Source: Cetorhinus maximus
Taxonomy: Eukaryota
Reading direction: 5' to 3'
DNA: 64,000 nt
Assembly: GCF_964194155.1 (NCBI RefSeq)
Contig: NC_135904.1
Coordinates: forward strand, 34,782,001-34,846,000
Position numbers and translations under genes: made by a program. Shown here piece after piece: positions 53,762 to 64,000 of the stretch. The notes under the pieces were generated by a model. It was not told where the DNA came from. It did no database searches and worked only from the letters and a program-made list of their open reading frames with translations. Position 1 is the first letter of the stretch, and each line of letters begins with the position of its first letter.

Positions 53762-54170
53762 GGGCAGAATTTTACGCTCTCACCGGTGGGTTCTGAGGCC
53801 AGAGGTAGGCGTGAAATTGCATGGATGGGATTCCCTCCGAGTTCCCTGCTGACTGGGGGCGTGCTCCCCTCAAGGCCCGATGACCTCTGGACCTCCCTCC
53901 CTCATCCACATCCCAGCCGATCCCCCAATACCCTGATCACCACCTCCCACCCAACACCCCACCCCCCACCCACCACCACCACCCACCACCACCACCACCA
54001 GATCCCTGCCAACTACCTGTCCTCCAATTCCGGTTTTTCGGCCACTGCAGCACTGTGCTTGGAGGGACTTGGTCCCGAGTAAGGGAGCGGAAGTACTGCC
54101 CTATGCCAATCAACACTGGTTAGAGTGTTATATGGCATCGGGACTGCAAGAGTCGGCAGGGATGTGCTCC
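53762..54170. mobile_element. Harbinger-like MITE fragment containing a (CAC)n tract at ~53965-53999
   Basis: Starts gggcagaatttt; GC-rich island. Confidence 0.45.
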
Positions 54171-54474
54171 TCGTCGACACTTCGGATTATTCTCTTCATT
54201 CTCTTAACTATTCTTAGAGTTCATATTTAAAGTAGTTTTCATACATGTATGTTGCAACAACTTTTTATACCATTCCAAAAGACAACAACTGAACATCCAA
54301 CTCCTCTGTTGTATAATTTTTCATAGTGTCCACAAGCAGTTCTCGATTAATAAGGATAATCCTGTGGCCAGCTCAGAAACCTCAAGGTTTAACTCAACAG
54401 GCTGACTCAAAATACACAAAAATTGGAAGAATGGAACAGCTTATATAAATTAGACTCAATTCTGCAACATCATA

Positions 54475-56705
54475 TGGGGAGGCAGTGGCATCGCTACTGG
54501 ACTAGTAATCCTGAGACCCCAGGATAATTTGCTGGGGACCTGGGTTCGAATCCCATCATGGAATTTGAATTCAACAAAAATCTGGAATTAAAAGTCTAAT
54601 GATGACCTTGAAACCATAAAAACCATCTGGTTCACTAATGTCCTTTAGAGAAGGAAATCTGACATCCTTACCTGATCAGGACTACATATAACTCCAAACC
54701 CTAGCAAGCTATTCAGTTGTATCAAACAGCTACGAAGTCTATAAGGAATGAAACTGGACAGACCACTTGGCATCATCTTAGGAACCAACAATGGCAAACT
54801 CAGCCCTGTCAACCCTGCAGAGTCCTCCTTATTAACATCTGAAAGGCTGTGCCAAAATTGGGAGAGCTGTCCCACAGACTAGTCAAGCAACAGCCTGTTA
54901 TAGTCATATTCACGGAATCATACCTTACAGTTAATGTCCCAGACACCATCACCATCTCTGGGTATGCCCTGTACCAGCGGCAGGACAGACTCAGCAGAGG
55001 TGGCGGCCCAGTTGCTCGGGGAGTCCTCAACATCGACTCCGGACCCCATGAAGTCTCACAGCATCAGGTCAGGCATGGGCAAGGAAACCTCGTACCACCC
55101 CCCCTCAGCTGATGAATCAATACTCCTCCATGTTGAACACTACTTGCAGGACACAGAATGTACTCTGAGTGGGGAGTTCAATGCCCATTACCAAGCGTGG
55201 CTCGATAGCACCATTGCTGACCGTGCTGGTCGACTCCTAAAAGACATAGCTGCCAGACTTGGTCTGTGGCAGGTGGTGAGGGAATCAATGCACTAGACAG
55301 TTAAGAGATTCCACAACCAACAGATCAGATCTAAGCTCTGCAGTCCTGCCACATCCAGTCATGAATGGTGGTAGACAATTAAGCAACTAACTGGAGGAGG
55401 TGGTTCCACAAACATCCCACGCCCAATGATGGGAGAGCCCAACACATTAGTGCAAAAGATACGGTTGAGTTAGTTGCAACAACCTTCAGCTAGAAGTGTT
55501 GAGTGGATGATCCACCTCGACCTCCGCCGGAGGTCCCCAGCATCATGGATGCCAGTCTTCTGCCAATTCGATTCACTCCAGGTATTTTCAAGAAATGGCT
55601 GAAGGCACTGGATGCTGCATTTACCCAGTAATGTGAAAAATTGCCCAGGTATCTCCTGTACACAAAAAGCAGGACAAATCCAACTTGCCCAAAGACAGGA
55701 AAACTCTCCGCTGGTTGGAGTCAATCATCTCAGTTCCAGGACATCACTGCGGGAACTCCTCAGGGTAGTGTCCTCGGCCCAACCATTTTCAGCTGCTTCA
55801 TCAGTGGCCTTCCTTCCATCATAAGGTCAGGACTAGGGACGTTCGCTGACGATTGCACAATGTTCAGCACCATTCATGGCTCCTCAGATGCTGAAACAGT
55901 CCACATCCAAAAGCTGCAAGACCTGGACAATGTCCAGGTTTGGGCTGACAAGTAGCAAGTAACATTCAATAACACAAGTGCTAGGCAATGACCATCTTCA
56001 ACAAGACAGAATACAACCATTGCCCCTTGGCATTCAATGGTATTACCATCACTAAATCCCCCACTATCAACATCCTGGATCTTACCATTGCCCAGAAACT
56101 GAACTGGAATAGTCATATAAATACTGAGGGAACAAGTGCAGGTCAGAGGCTGGGAATCCTATGGCAAGTAACTCGCCACCTGACTCCCCAAAACCTGTCC
56201 ACCATCTACAAGGCACAAGACAGAAGTGTGATGGAATACTCTCCATTTGCCTGGATGAGTGTAGCTCCAACAACACTCAAGAAGATTGACACCATCCAAG
56301 GCAAAGTAGCCTGCTTCCTCCACCACAACACATAATGGCAGCAGTGCGTTCCATTTAGAAGATGCATTACAGGGACTCACTAAGATTCCTTAGATAGCAC
56401 GTTCCAAACCTACAACTGCTACCATCTAGAAGGACAAGGGCAGCAGATGCATGGGAACGCCACCCCCTGGAAGTTTCCCTCCAAGCTACACACCATCCTG
56501 ACTTGGAAATATATTGTCATTCTTTCACTGTGGCTGGGTCAAAATCCTGGAGCTCCCTTCCTAACAGCACTGTGGGTGTTCCAACACCACATGGACTGCA
56601 GTGGTTCAAGGAGGCAGCTCACCACCGCCTTGTCAAGGGCAATTAGGGACAGGCAATAAACGTTGACCTAGCCAGCGACGCCCATATCCCATGAATGAAT
56701 ATTTT
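54475..56705 (+). mobile_element. Family-B LINE with a tRNA-like 5' head, internally deleted ORF (APE + RT) and intact tail
   Basis: B-box GGTTCGAATCC at 54543-54553, followed by the APE start (PKLGELSHRLVKQQPVIVIFTESYL), GTPQGSVLGPTIF and FADDC. Confidence 0.85.
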
Positions 56706-57749
56706 AAAAATCATCTCTTATTAAAGATTTCTGTTGTTAATTGAGATACAACAACTGTACCATTCTACAGGCAGAAGAATGAAGGGCCAGGAGCCAAGAG
56801 ATGGTTTACAGGCTAACACCATCATAGCCTAGTCAGTGAATCACTTATCCCTAATTTAAAGGAAATGATCATCAGCTTTTTTCCCTGTGATGCAATGCCC
56901 TAGCTAGTAATAAAACTGAATATAAATCAAACTAATGATGGAGATCAGCTGGTGAGAATTTTAGTTACAGTCAGTGTAAATCTTTAATCACTATATTAGG
57001 AAAAGAAAAACAGGACATGCGCCAGTCATTTGATAGAGAATACAAACAAAATACAAAGAGGGGTGAGGAAGAGAGAAAATGTGCAAAAAAACAGCCAGTC
57101 AGAGGAAAATAGGAACAGGAATAGACCATGCAGCCTCTTGAGCTGTTCCTGCAGTGAATTTGAGGGCGGCTGATTTGTTCCACCTTTGGCCCAGACCCCA
57201 GTATCTTTTTTTTTCAGGTTGCTTCCTGTTGCCAAGGGTTGGATGCAGTGTTGCGCCAGTCACTTCCACTGTAAGCTGTCCTTACTGCCTCTTACCCATT
57301 CCTTGATGTTATTTGTCCAAGAACCTGTGTCTTATTTGGCTCTTTTACCATTGGCATGGCCTTCAGTGTTCTGTGTATTTTGTTGCACTTTTATCAGATG
57401 GCCAAAATGGCTCTTGATGTCTATCACGGCTCACCTGGATTTAATTCTCTCAAGGACATTCTCATTGTTTACTCTCTCTTTCTAAGATATTCTAAGCATT
57501 CTTCTGTAAGCCCACATTTCAAAGGCTTTAAGTCTTTTGATCATTTGGTTGCCCAGGTTTCACAGCTATAGAGAAGAGCTGACTTGACATTACATTTGAA
57601 GATTTTCTTGTGCACAGGCTTACCTAACAAATATCTATCCATCTCATAACTAAAACTTTCTATTTACCCAGAATATGAAGTTATATGGCAGGAAAGCACT
57701 TCTGGCTTCCATGAGCTACAATCAAAATTATCAATAGCAACCTCATAGC

Positions 57750-58850
57750 CATTATGGCCAAGGTGCGTTACTCATCTTGTCCTATTCACATCTTTGCAAC
57801 CTTTGAAACTGTCGACCACACCATCATCTTTCAACATCTCTCCTCCTGTTCAAAAACAAAAATTCCTGGAAAAACTCAGCAGAACCTGTTCTGTTGAAGG
57901 GTCATTCGGACTCGAAACGTTAACTGTGTTCCTCTCCACAGATGTTGCCAGACCTGCTGAGTTTTTCCAGGTATTTTTGTCTTGGATTTCCAGCATCCGC
58001 AGTTTTTTGCTTTTTTCTTCTCCTGCTGTCCAGCTCCAAGGGGCTGCTCACTTGCTTCCATTCTTATCTATCCAAATGTAGCTACAGCATCACCAGCAAT
58101 AGCATGTCTTCTCACCAATGCACTACTATCTCCAGAGTCTCTCAAGAATCTATCCTCGTCTTCCCTCTGTCTATTCCGCATCTGTCTGTAAATGGGAGTC
58201 AGATTCGACATATATACCAGTAACAGCCAATTTTCCCTCTGCACTGCTTCCCTTGGCCCCTTCACTGCCACTGTATTGTCAGACTACTGCCCAACATCCA
58301 GCCCTGGATGCTCTATATTTTTTTTCCAGTTAAACATGGAGAAGGCTGGAACCTTTGATTTCAGCCCCCTCCATAAATTCCACAACATCATAGCCAAGTC
58401 CATCCCCCTCCCAGCTTCGTCTTAGCTTGAATCAGGCTGTTGGAAATCTGAGAATTCCATTCAACCAAGGTGAAGTCCTGATCTCATATCCTCTCAAATC
58501 AAAGACCTAATCCCACCTCCACAGCCCCATCCGCCTCCATCCATACTTCAGCCCATCTGCAGCTGAAACTTTCGTCCATGCCTATTTCACCTCTAGACTC
58601 GACAACTCCCACTGTCTCCTTGCCAGCCACCTATTTCTTTCAGCCCTCCATAAATTCAACTAATCCAAAATTCTGCTCTCAGTATCCCATCGCACACCTG
58701 GTACCACTGACCCATCACTCCTGTTCTTCTGGACCAGGCTAGCTTCTGGTATCTCAGTGCCGCCAATTAATTCTCACTCAAGCATCCTAACCACCGGCAG
58801 CCCTTCAACCCACCAACCTGCACTGCCCCCACTAAAACTGTTCCCTTTTA
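57750..58850 (+). mobile_element. L2 RT remnant
   Basis: Pyrimidine-rich; gtccatgcctatttcacctctagactcgac (VHA..TSRLD). Confidence 0.6.
57853..58018 (+). mobile_element. Mini Penelope-like terminus with a short inverted arm and hammerhead-like motif
   Basis: gtt-CTGTTGA-a-gggtc-attcg-gactc-GAAA-cgtt-aac; imperfect TSD tctcct(c/g)ctgt(t/c)ca at 57839-57852 and 58019-58032. Confidence 0.85.
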
Positions 58851-59774
58851 AAACCCACCAGGCTCACCGGTGTTTTGGTGACCCCTCTGAATATCTCTTT
58901 TGACTAGGCATCCATCTTTTCCTAACTTCACCTCTGTGAAATGATTGGCAACATTTTTCCATGTTGGTGACTCTGTTGTTGTTAGTGTATGCTTCAGTAA
59001 CTTCAACAACACTTTTTTTGTCCTGAAGCCCTGGATTTTTTTCAAAGCCTGAGATTGAGGTAAATATTTCCTCCAAAACTTTCACAACATTTAAGGGAAT
59101 TGCCAACTAATCCATACCTGTCCAAATATGGACTGAAATGACAGCGTAACTGATCAATTTTCTACTGCATACCATGACTACAGTTATGCCCGTTATGCTA
59201 TGAGAATGTACATAAGGCACGATATATTAAGTTGAATTGGCCACTGTTGAATTTGTTAGCATGATCTTTGCGAGTGAGTAGAAAATAGTAATGGTCCGTT
59301 CACCTGTGTCCTGTGTCCTGCATTCCTAAGACAAGATATAGGCAATAAAATAAGCAAAAGCCTGTAATTATAAGAGGTCAGGTATGAGATTTGTACTTAT
59401 TGCAAACATTCCAATGGTACAAATACCTACGATTATCAAACCATTGGCAGGATGAACATCATTCAGAGAATCTTGTAACTTCTTCTGATCCTATGGTCAT
59501 CATTATGATCAAGGGACGAGGAACCTTGAAATAGTGCGAAGGAAGACCCCTGGGTAATGCTTATCAAACATATGGAATGCTAGACATCTTTGTAGTTTTG
59601 TAGCAGTCAAAAAGAGCATTTTGAAACAATTCATAGGGACTCTGTCCATAAGGGGTGATATCATCCTTGTACACCCACAGAGCTAACAGGGAGTAGCCAA
59701 TCCCACAAGTTCTGAACACATGTACAGAGCAGCATAAGAAAGACATATCTTTCTTTGTTCCTTGCTGTATAACC

Positions 59775-60595
59775 GGATATCTCAGTCCTGGGAAATCGCT
59801 GCAAGAGTTCCTCGGGGTAGTGTCCTAGGCCCAACCATTTTTAGCTGTTTTCATCAATGCCCTTCCTTCCATCATAAGTTCAGAAGTGGGAATGTTCACA
59901 GATGATTGCACAATGTTCAACACCATTCACAGCTGATCAGATACTGAAGCAGTCTGTACCTGTATGCAGCAAGACCTGGACAACATTCAGGCTTGGGCTG
60001 ATAAGCCATATAAATACTGTAGCTACAAGAGGTCAGAGGTTGGGAATTTTGCAGAGAGTAATTCACCACTTGTATCTCCAAAACCTGTCCACCACCTACA
60101 AGGCACAAGTCAGGAGTGTGATGGAATGCTCTCCACTTTCCTGGATGAGTGCAGCTCCAACAACACTCAAGAAGCTCAACATCACCCAGGGCAAAGCAGC
60201 CCACTTGATTGGCAGCCTATCCACTACCTTCAACATTCACTCCCTCCACCACCATTGCACAGTGGCAGCAGTGTGTATCATCTACAAGATGCACTGCAGC
60301 AGCTCACCAAGTCTCCTTTGACAGCACCTTCCAAACTCGTGACCTCTGTCACCTAGAAGGATGAGAGCAGGAGATGCATGGGAACATCATCATCTCCTGC
60401 AAGTTCCCCTCCAAGTCACACGCCATCCTGGCTTGGAATTATATCACTGTTCCTTCACTGTCACTGGGTCAAAATCCTGGCACAGTGGGTGCTCAAGAAG
60501 GCAGCTCACCACCACCTCTCAACAGCAATTAGGAATGGTCAATAAATGCTGGTCTAGCTATCAACACACACATCGCATGAACAAATAGTTTAAAA
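59775..60595 (+). mobile_element. Family-B LINE 3' fragment
   Basis: YKAQVRSVMECSPLSWMSAAPTTLKKL and shared tail. Confidence 0.88.
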
Positions 60596-60610
60596 AAATG
60601 TTAGCCAACA

Positions 60611-61350
60611 TGTCAGGCGTTGCATTTTTCCCCTGGGCATCAGACCAGTGCTCCAGGTGTGAACAGAGACTACAGGGGTCCAGCTGGGCTGGGTGAGAGA
60701 AAGGCTTGAGAGTATCGTTCAGGGAACGTGTAACCCTTTAGTCTCCTTTTTTTCCTTAGTTCTGTTGAAGAGTCATACGGACTCGAAACGTTAACTGTGT
60801 TACTCTCCGCAGATGCTGTCAGACCTGCTGAGTTTTTCCAGGTATTTTTATTTTTGCCTTTAGTCTCCTGGTTCAGTTAAAGCAGAGAGCTAGAGAAGTG
60901 CTGGTTTTTTGTTGTTGGGTTAAAGACAGAATGCCTGAGTGAAAGAGACTAGTTGTTTATTGTGGGTTAAAGAAAAGAGATTGGAGAGCAAGGCTGGGGA
61001 CTGTGTGGAAGATTTAGCTTTGTGGATATCGTTCAGACAACTAGATATGATTTCCAGCATCCGCAGTAGATATGTGAACTTCAAGCTCATAGTTTAAAGT
61101 AAGACAGGCCGGTTGTCCTGTGGATTGGGAGGATTCTGCTTCTGTGGAGTATTTATAATATTAAGACACAACTGAATTGAAAGGGGTCAGTTTGTAAGTT
61201 TTGTTTTTCATGGTGTTATTCGTTTGTTCATCAACTAATGTGCTATTCATATCCTTGTGATTTTGAGGCATAGTTCAATTAAGTTAAATCAAGAATTTTG
61301 TAAACCCAAATCTCTGCGCCATTGTTTACCCTATTCGAGTCCTCGTAACA
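60611..61350 (+). mobile_element. Possible solo LTR
   Basis: Begins tgtcagg and ends cgtaaca, with LTR-like composition; no TSD found. Confidence 0.4.
60748..60856 (+). mobile_element. Mini Penelope-like terminus consisting largely of the hammerhead motif (60758-60796)
   Basis: agtt-CTGTTGA-a-gagtc-atacg-gactc-GAAA-cgtt-aact with perfect stems I and II; perfect 13-bp TSD cctttagtctcct at 60735-60747 and 60857-60869. Confidence 0.9.
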
Positions 61351-62480
61351 GTTCACGTGTTACACCTGCAAAGTCCTACGGTCTGAGATTCTAGAGCGAG
61401 AAGATATCTCAGCACACGTCAGATGATCCTCTCAGTATTGAACACTAATTTTTCTGAGGTAACTGTTACTACCCTATTGCAAATTATAACACATTTATTT
61501 GTTTTTCCAACTGATTTCAAAATCAGGTGGACGAAGAGTTTTAAAAGCCATTTGGGATTTTAAAAATATGAAAATTAACAAAGAATACTCTTTAAATTCC
61601 GAGACTGTCTGAGGGAAAGACACACACGTAGAAAAGCATGTGATTAAAACCTTTAATTTTACCGTTTCGCTTAAAAACAATAATTCAGTAAAAGATGCTT
61701 AAAATTATCTCAATGAATGCCCTCTTTCCACATGATGTGACAGGATTTCTCATTACCCTCAGTTTTTTGAATGACTTGAAAAGTACAAGGTGAAGTTTTA
61801 AAAGCTTTTATTGGTAAAGTTTCAGAGGCTACACCTCAGAAATATGCACAGTTGATGGGAGTGATCAACAATTCATTGTTTGCAGAAGCATTTAATCATA
61901 CAATCTTCAATGTGTTTCCAGCATTTTCTTATTTTAATTCATCTTTCCAATATCAGCAGTTTCTTTCTTTTTATTTCTAGCTACTTATTTATCCAGCTGC
62001 AGTAGGTAATGGTATGAAAGCAATCTTGAGCAAATATTTTTCACAGTAAAATGAATATGAACTGCTTCCTGGCCATTCTCCTTCCTGTGCTGCAATCCCC
62101 AGTACCCTCCCTCCCATTAGTAAGAGATCTGTTATAAAACCAGCATGCTTGCACATATTTCCTGTGTTTGAGCATCAGACTTTGGTGGCATCCTTGGAAT
62201 AGACTAACTACATGCAAATTTCTTGCAGTTTATTGGTTGATATGGAAATTTATTCTGGAAAAAACAGAAGTTTCTTCTGGTCAATGGGCTACTATCCCAA
62301 TTTATTGGCAGGCGTCATAAAAACAAGGCAGCATTAATTCTCTTTATAAAGCAACAACTGTCCAGAGTTGCTCGAGCAGGGAATCTCGCCGTGTGCCCCA
62401 TTAGTTAGGCTTTATCCTATGATTGAGCAACCTTTTTTATCCTGTAAGTTTCTAGGTGTACGAGCTGATATCAACATATT

Positions 62481-62506
62481 GAGAGAGAGAGAGAGAGAGA
62501 GAGAGC
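62481..62506. repeat. (GA)n microsatellite
   Basis: Directly visible. Confidence 0.95.
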
Positions 62507-62509
62507 GTT

Positions 62510-62752
62510 TCAGTAATGATGGTCATGAAACTATTATCGATTGTTTTAAAACCCTGTCTGGTCCTTTAGGGAAAAAAATCTGCCACCCTCACCTGATCTG
62601 GCCGACATGTGACTCCAGACCCACAGCAATGTGGCTGACTCTTACTGCCATCTGAAATGGCCTAGTGAACCACTCAGTTCAAGGGCAATTAGGGATGGGC
62701 AACAAATGCTGGCTTTGCAAGCAATGCCCACATCCCATGAAAGAATTTTTAA
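62510..62752 (+). mobile_element. SINE sharing its body with the 5' region and its tail with the 3' end of the family-B LINE
   Basis: 62515-62630 matches ~54598-54708; 62680-62750 matches ~56634-56705. Confidence 0.75.
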
Positions 62753-63399
62753 AAATGGAAACGGAGTGAACTAGAATGAAATCAGGCACAGAAAGAGAAA
62801 TATAAAAAGGGAAAGAAACATTGGATTCAGAGAAAGAGAGACAGACAGATGAAGAGGCAGAGAGAAAAATAAGAATTTAAAAAACATTCTCGAAGAAGAA
62901 TTTACAATTTTCAGGAACGGCGCTCAGTTGTTTAAATTGTTCGTTTACTGGAAAGGTTGAAACATTTTTCATATTTTAAAGGGTAATTCTGCTGTTCAGC
63001 ACTAGCCTTAACCTTCTGTATTGAGTTTAATTTACATTTAACATGCAAATCCAGCTAATTCTTAAAAATAACAGCAAGATTGAGGGTGAGCCGCTGTTTT
63101 CATGAGGTTCACAGCGGAGCAGTGCAAATCATCCAGGAACCTATGGCAATTCACAATATACAGGGTATCTCTTCGTGGCTTTATACATTAATAGTGGTGA
63201 TTTCCATTAAACTCACCATTACTTTGTCAGCAAATTCTAGGCCACATCTTATTTTATGAGTGACACCATAGGAGCAACTCTATGTTGCATTTAAAACATA
63301 TTCATAAGGAACACAATTCAGTCCTTCTGAATTCATTCATCCAGAAAAAACCCAACAGCCCCAATTGCTGCAGCTAGTGTTTCTTAAAAGAGAAATAAT

Positions 63400-63680
63400 T
63401 GGGAACAGCTAACACTGATTTAAAAATAAAAACTGTGTTTGACAAACCTGATAGTTCTTTGAGGAGGTGATGGACAATGTGGTGTACATGGACTTTGAGG
63501 AAGCCTTTGATAATGTATCACACTGGACACTATTGGAAAAGATTAAAGAGTATAGACTTAGGCAGGGGGTGGGGTAGGAAACTGGACTCAAAATTAATTC
63601 GAAAGGGGGAAAGATATTAGTTTCTCACAATGGTTGGAAATGATTGATGGTGCATTACAAGGTCTGTTCTAAGTCTGCTT
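63400..63680 (+). mobile_element. CR1 RT fragment
   Basis: VVYMDFEEAFDNVSH. Confidence 0.7.
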
Positions 63681-63682
63681 CT

Positions 63683-63778
63683 GAGAGAGAGAGAAAGAGA
63701 GAGAGGAGAGAGAGAAAGAAAGAGAGGAGAGAGAGTGAGAGAGACAGACAGAGGGAGAGAGAGAAAGAGAGAAAGAAA
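63683..63778. repeat. GA-rich low-complexity tract
   Basis: Directly visible. Confidence 0.9.
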
Positions 63779-64000
63779 TTCTTTGACCTTGCTTTCTCTG
63801 CTCCCAATTCGGTCTTTTATTTCTGCTCTGTTTTTAGAAGGTCCAAAATACTTCTGCGTTCTCCCAGATCCTAGACTTTCTTAGCCCTTTTCAGTATCCC
63901 AAAGCCAGATCTCCCTGCCCCTGCCCCGCAAGAATTCTCCCAGCCCTTCCCATAAGAGCTCACTCAGGTTCAATACTCAACTCTTAAGTAATCTTGAACA

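Noticed and set aside
54475-54560. tRNA gene
   Set aside because: Only the B-box is clear, there is no cloverleaf, and it continues into retroelement sequence.
59564-59746. Protein-looking 60-aa ORF (TCGIGYSLLALWVYKDD...)
   Set aside because: No recognisable homology, no donor site, and not the expected upstream ARNT2 exon.
63644-63874. Charged ER/RK-rich ORF
   Set aside because: Translation of a GA-rich low-complexity tract.

Overview
Vertebrate genomic DNA, most likely a shark or ray (inferred from the repeat mix: CR1 and L2 LINEs, Deu-domain SINEs, Penelope-like elements, Harbinger transposons). The window lies inside a large minus-strand host gene that the ORF track misses. Three short coding exons (37159-37261, 27980-28045, 27734-27819) splice in frame to [86 protein letters not shown], the PAS-A region of the bHLH-PAS factor ARNT2. 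The rest is intron, largely decayed transposons, and the longer listed ORFs are fragments of these. The most notable non-gene signal is a Penelope-like retroelement (RT + GIY-YIG) with a ~630-bp inverted terminal copy, a 15-bp TSD and a minimal hammerhead-ribozyme motif. A series of much smaller insertions of the same terminus (about 230 nt down to 17 nt, mostly hairpins) each carry their own TSD. I found no convincing wholly new protein-coding system. Repeat boundaries are approximate and family names come from motif recognition, not database searches.
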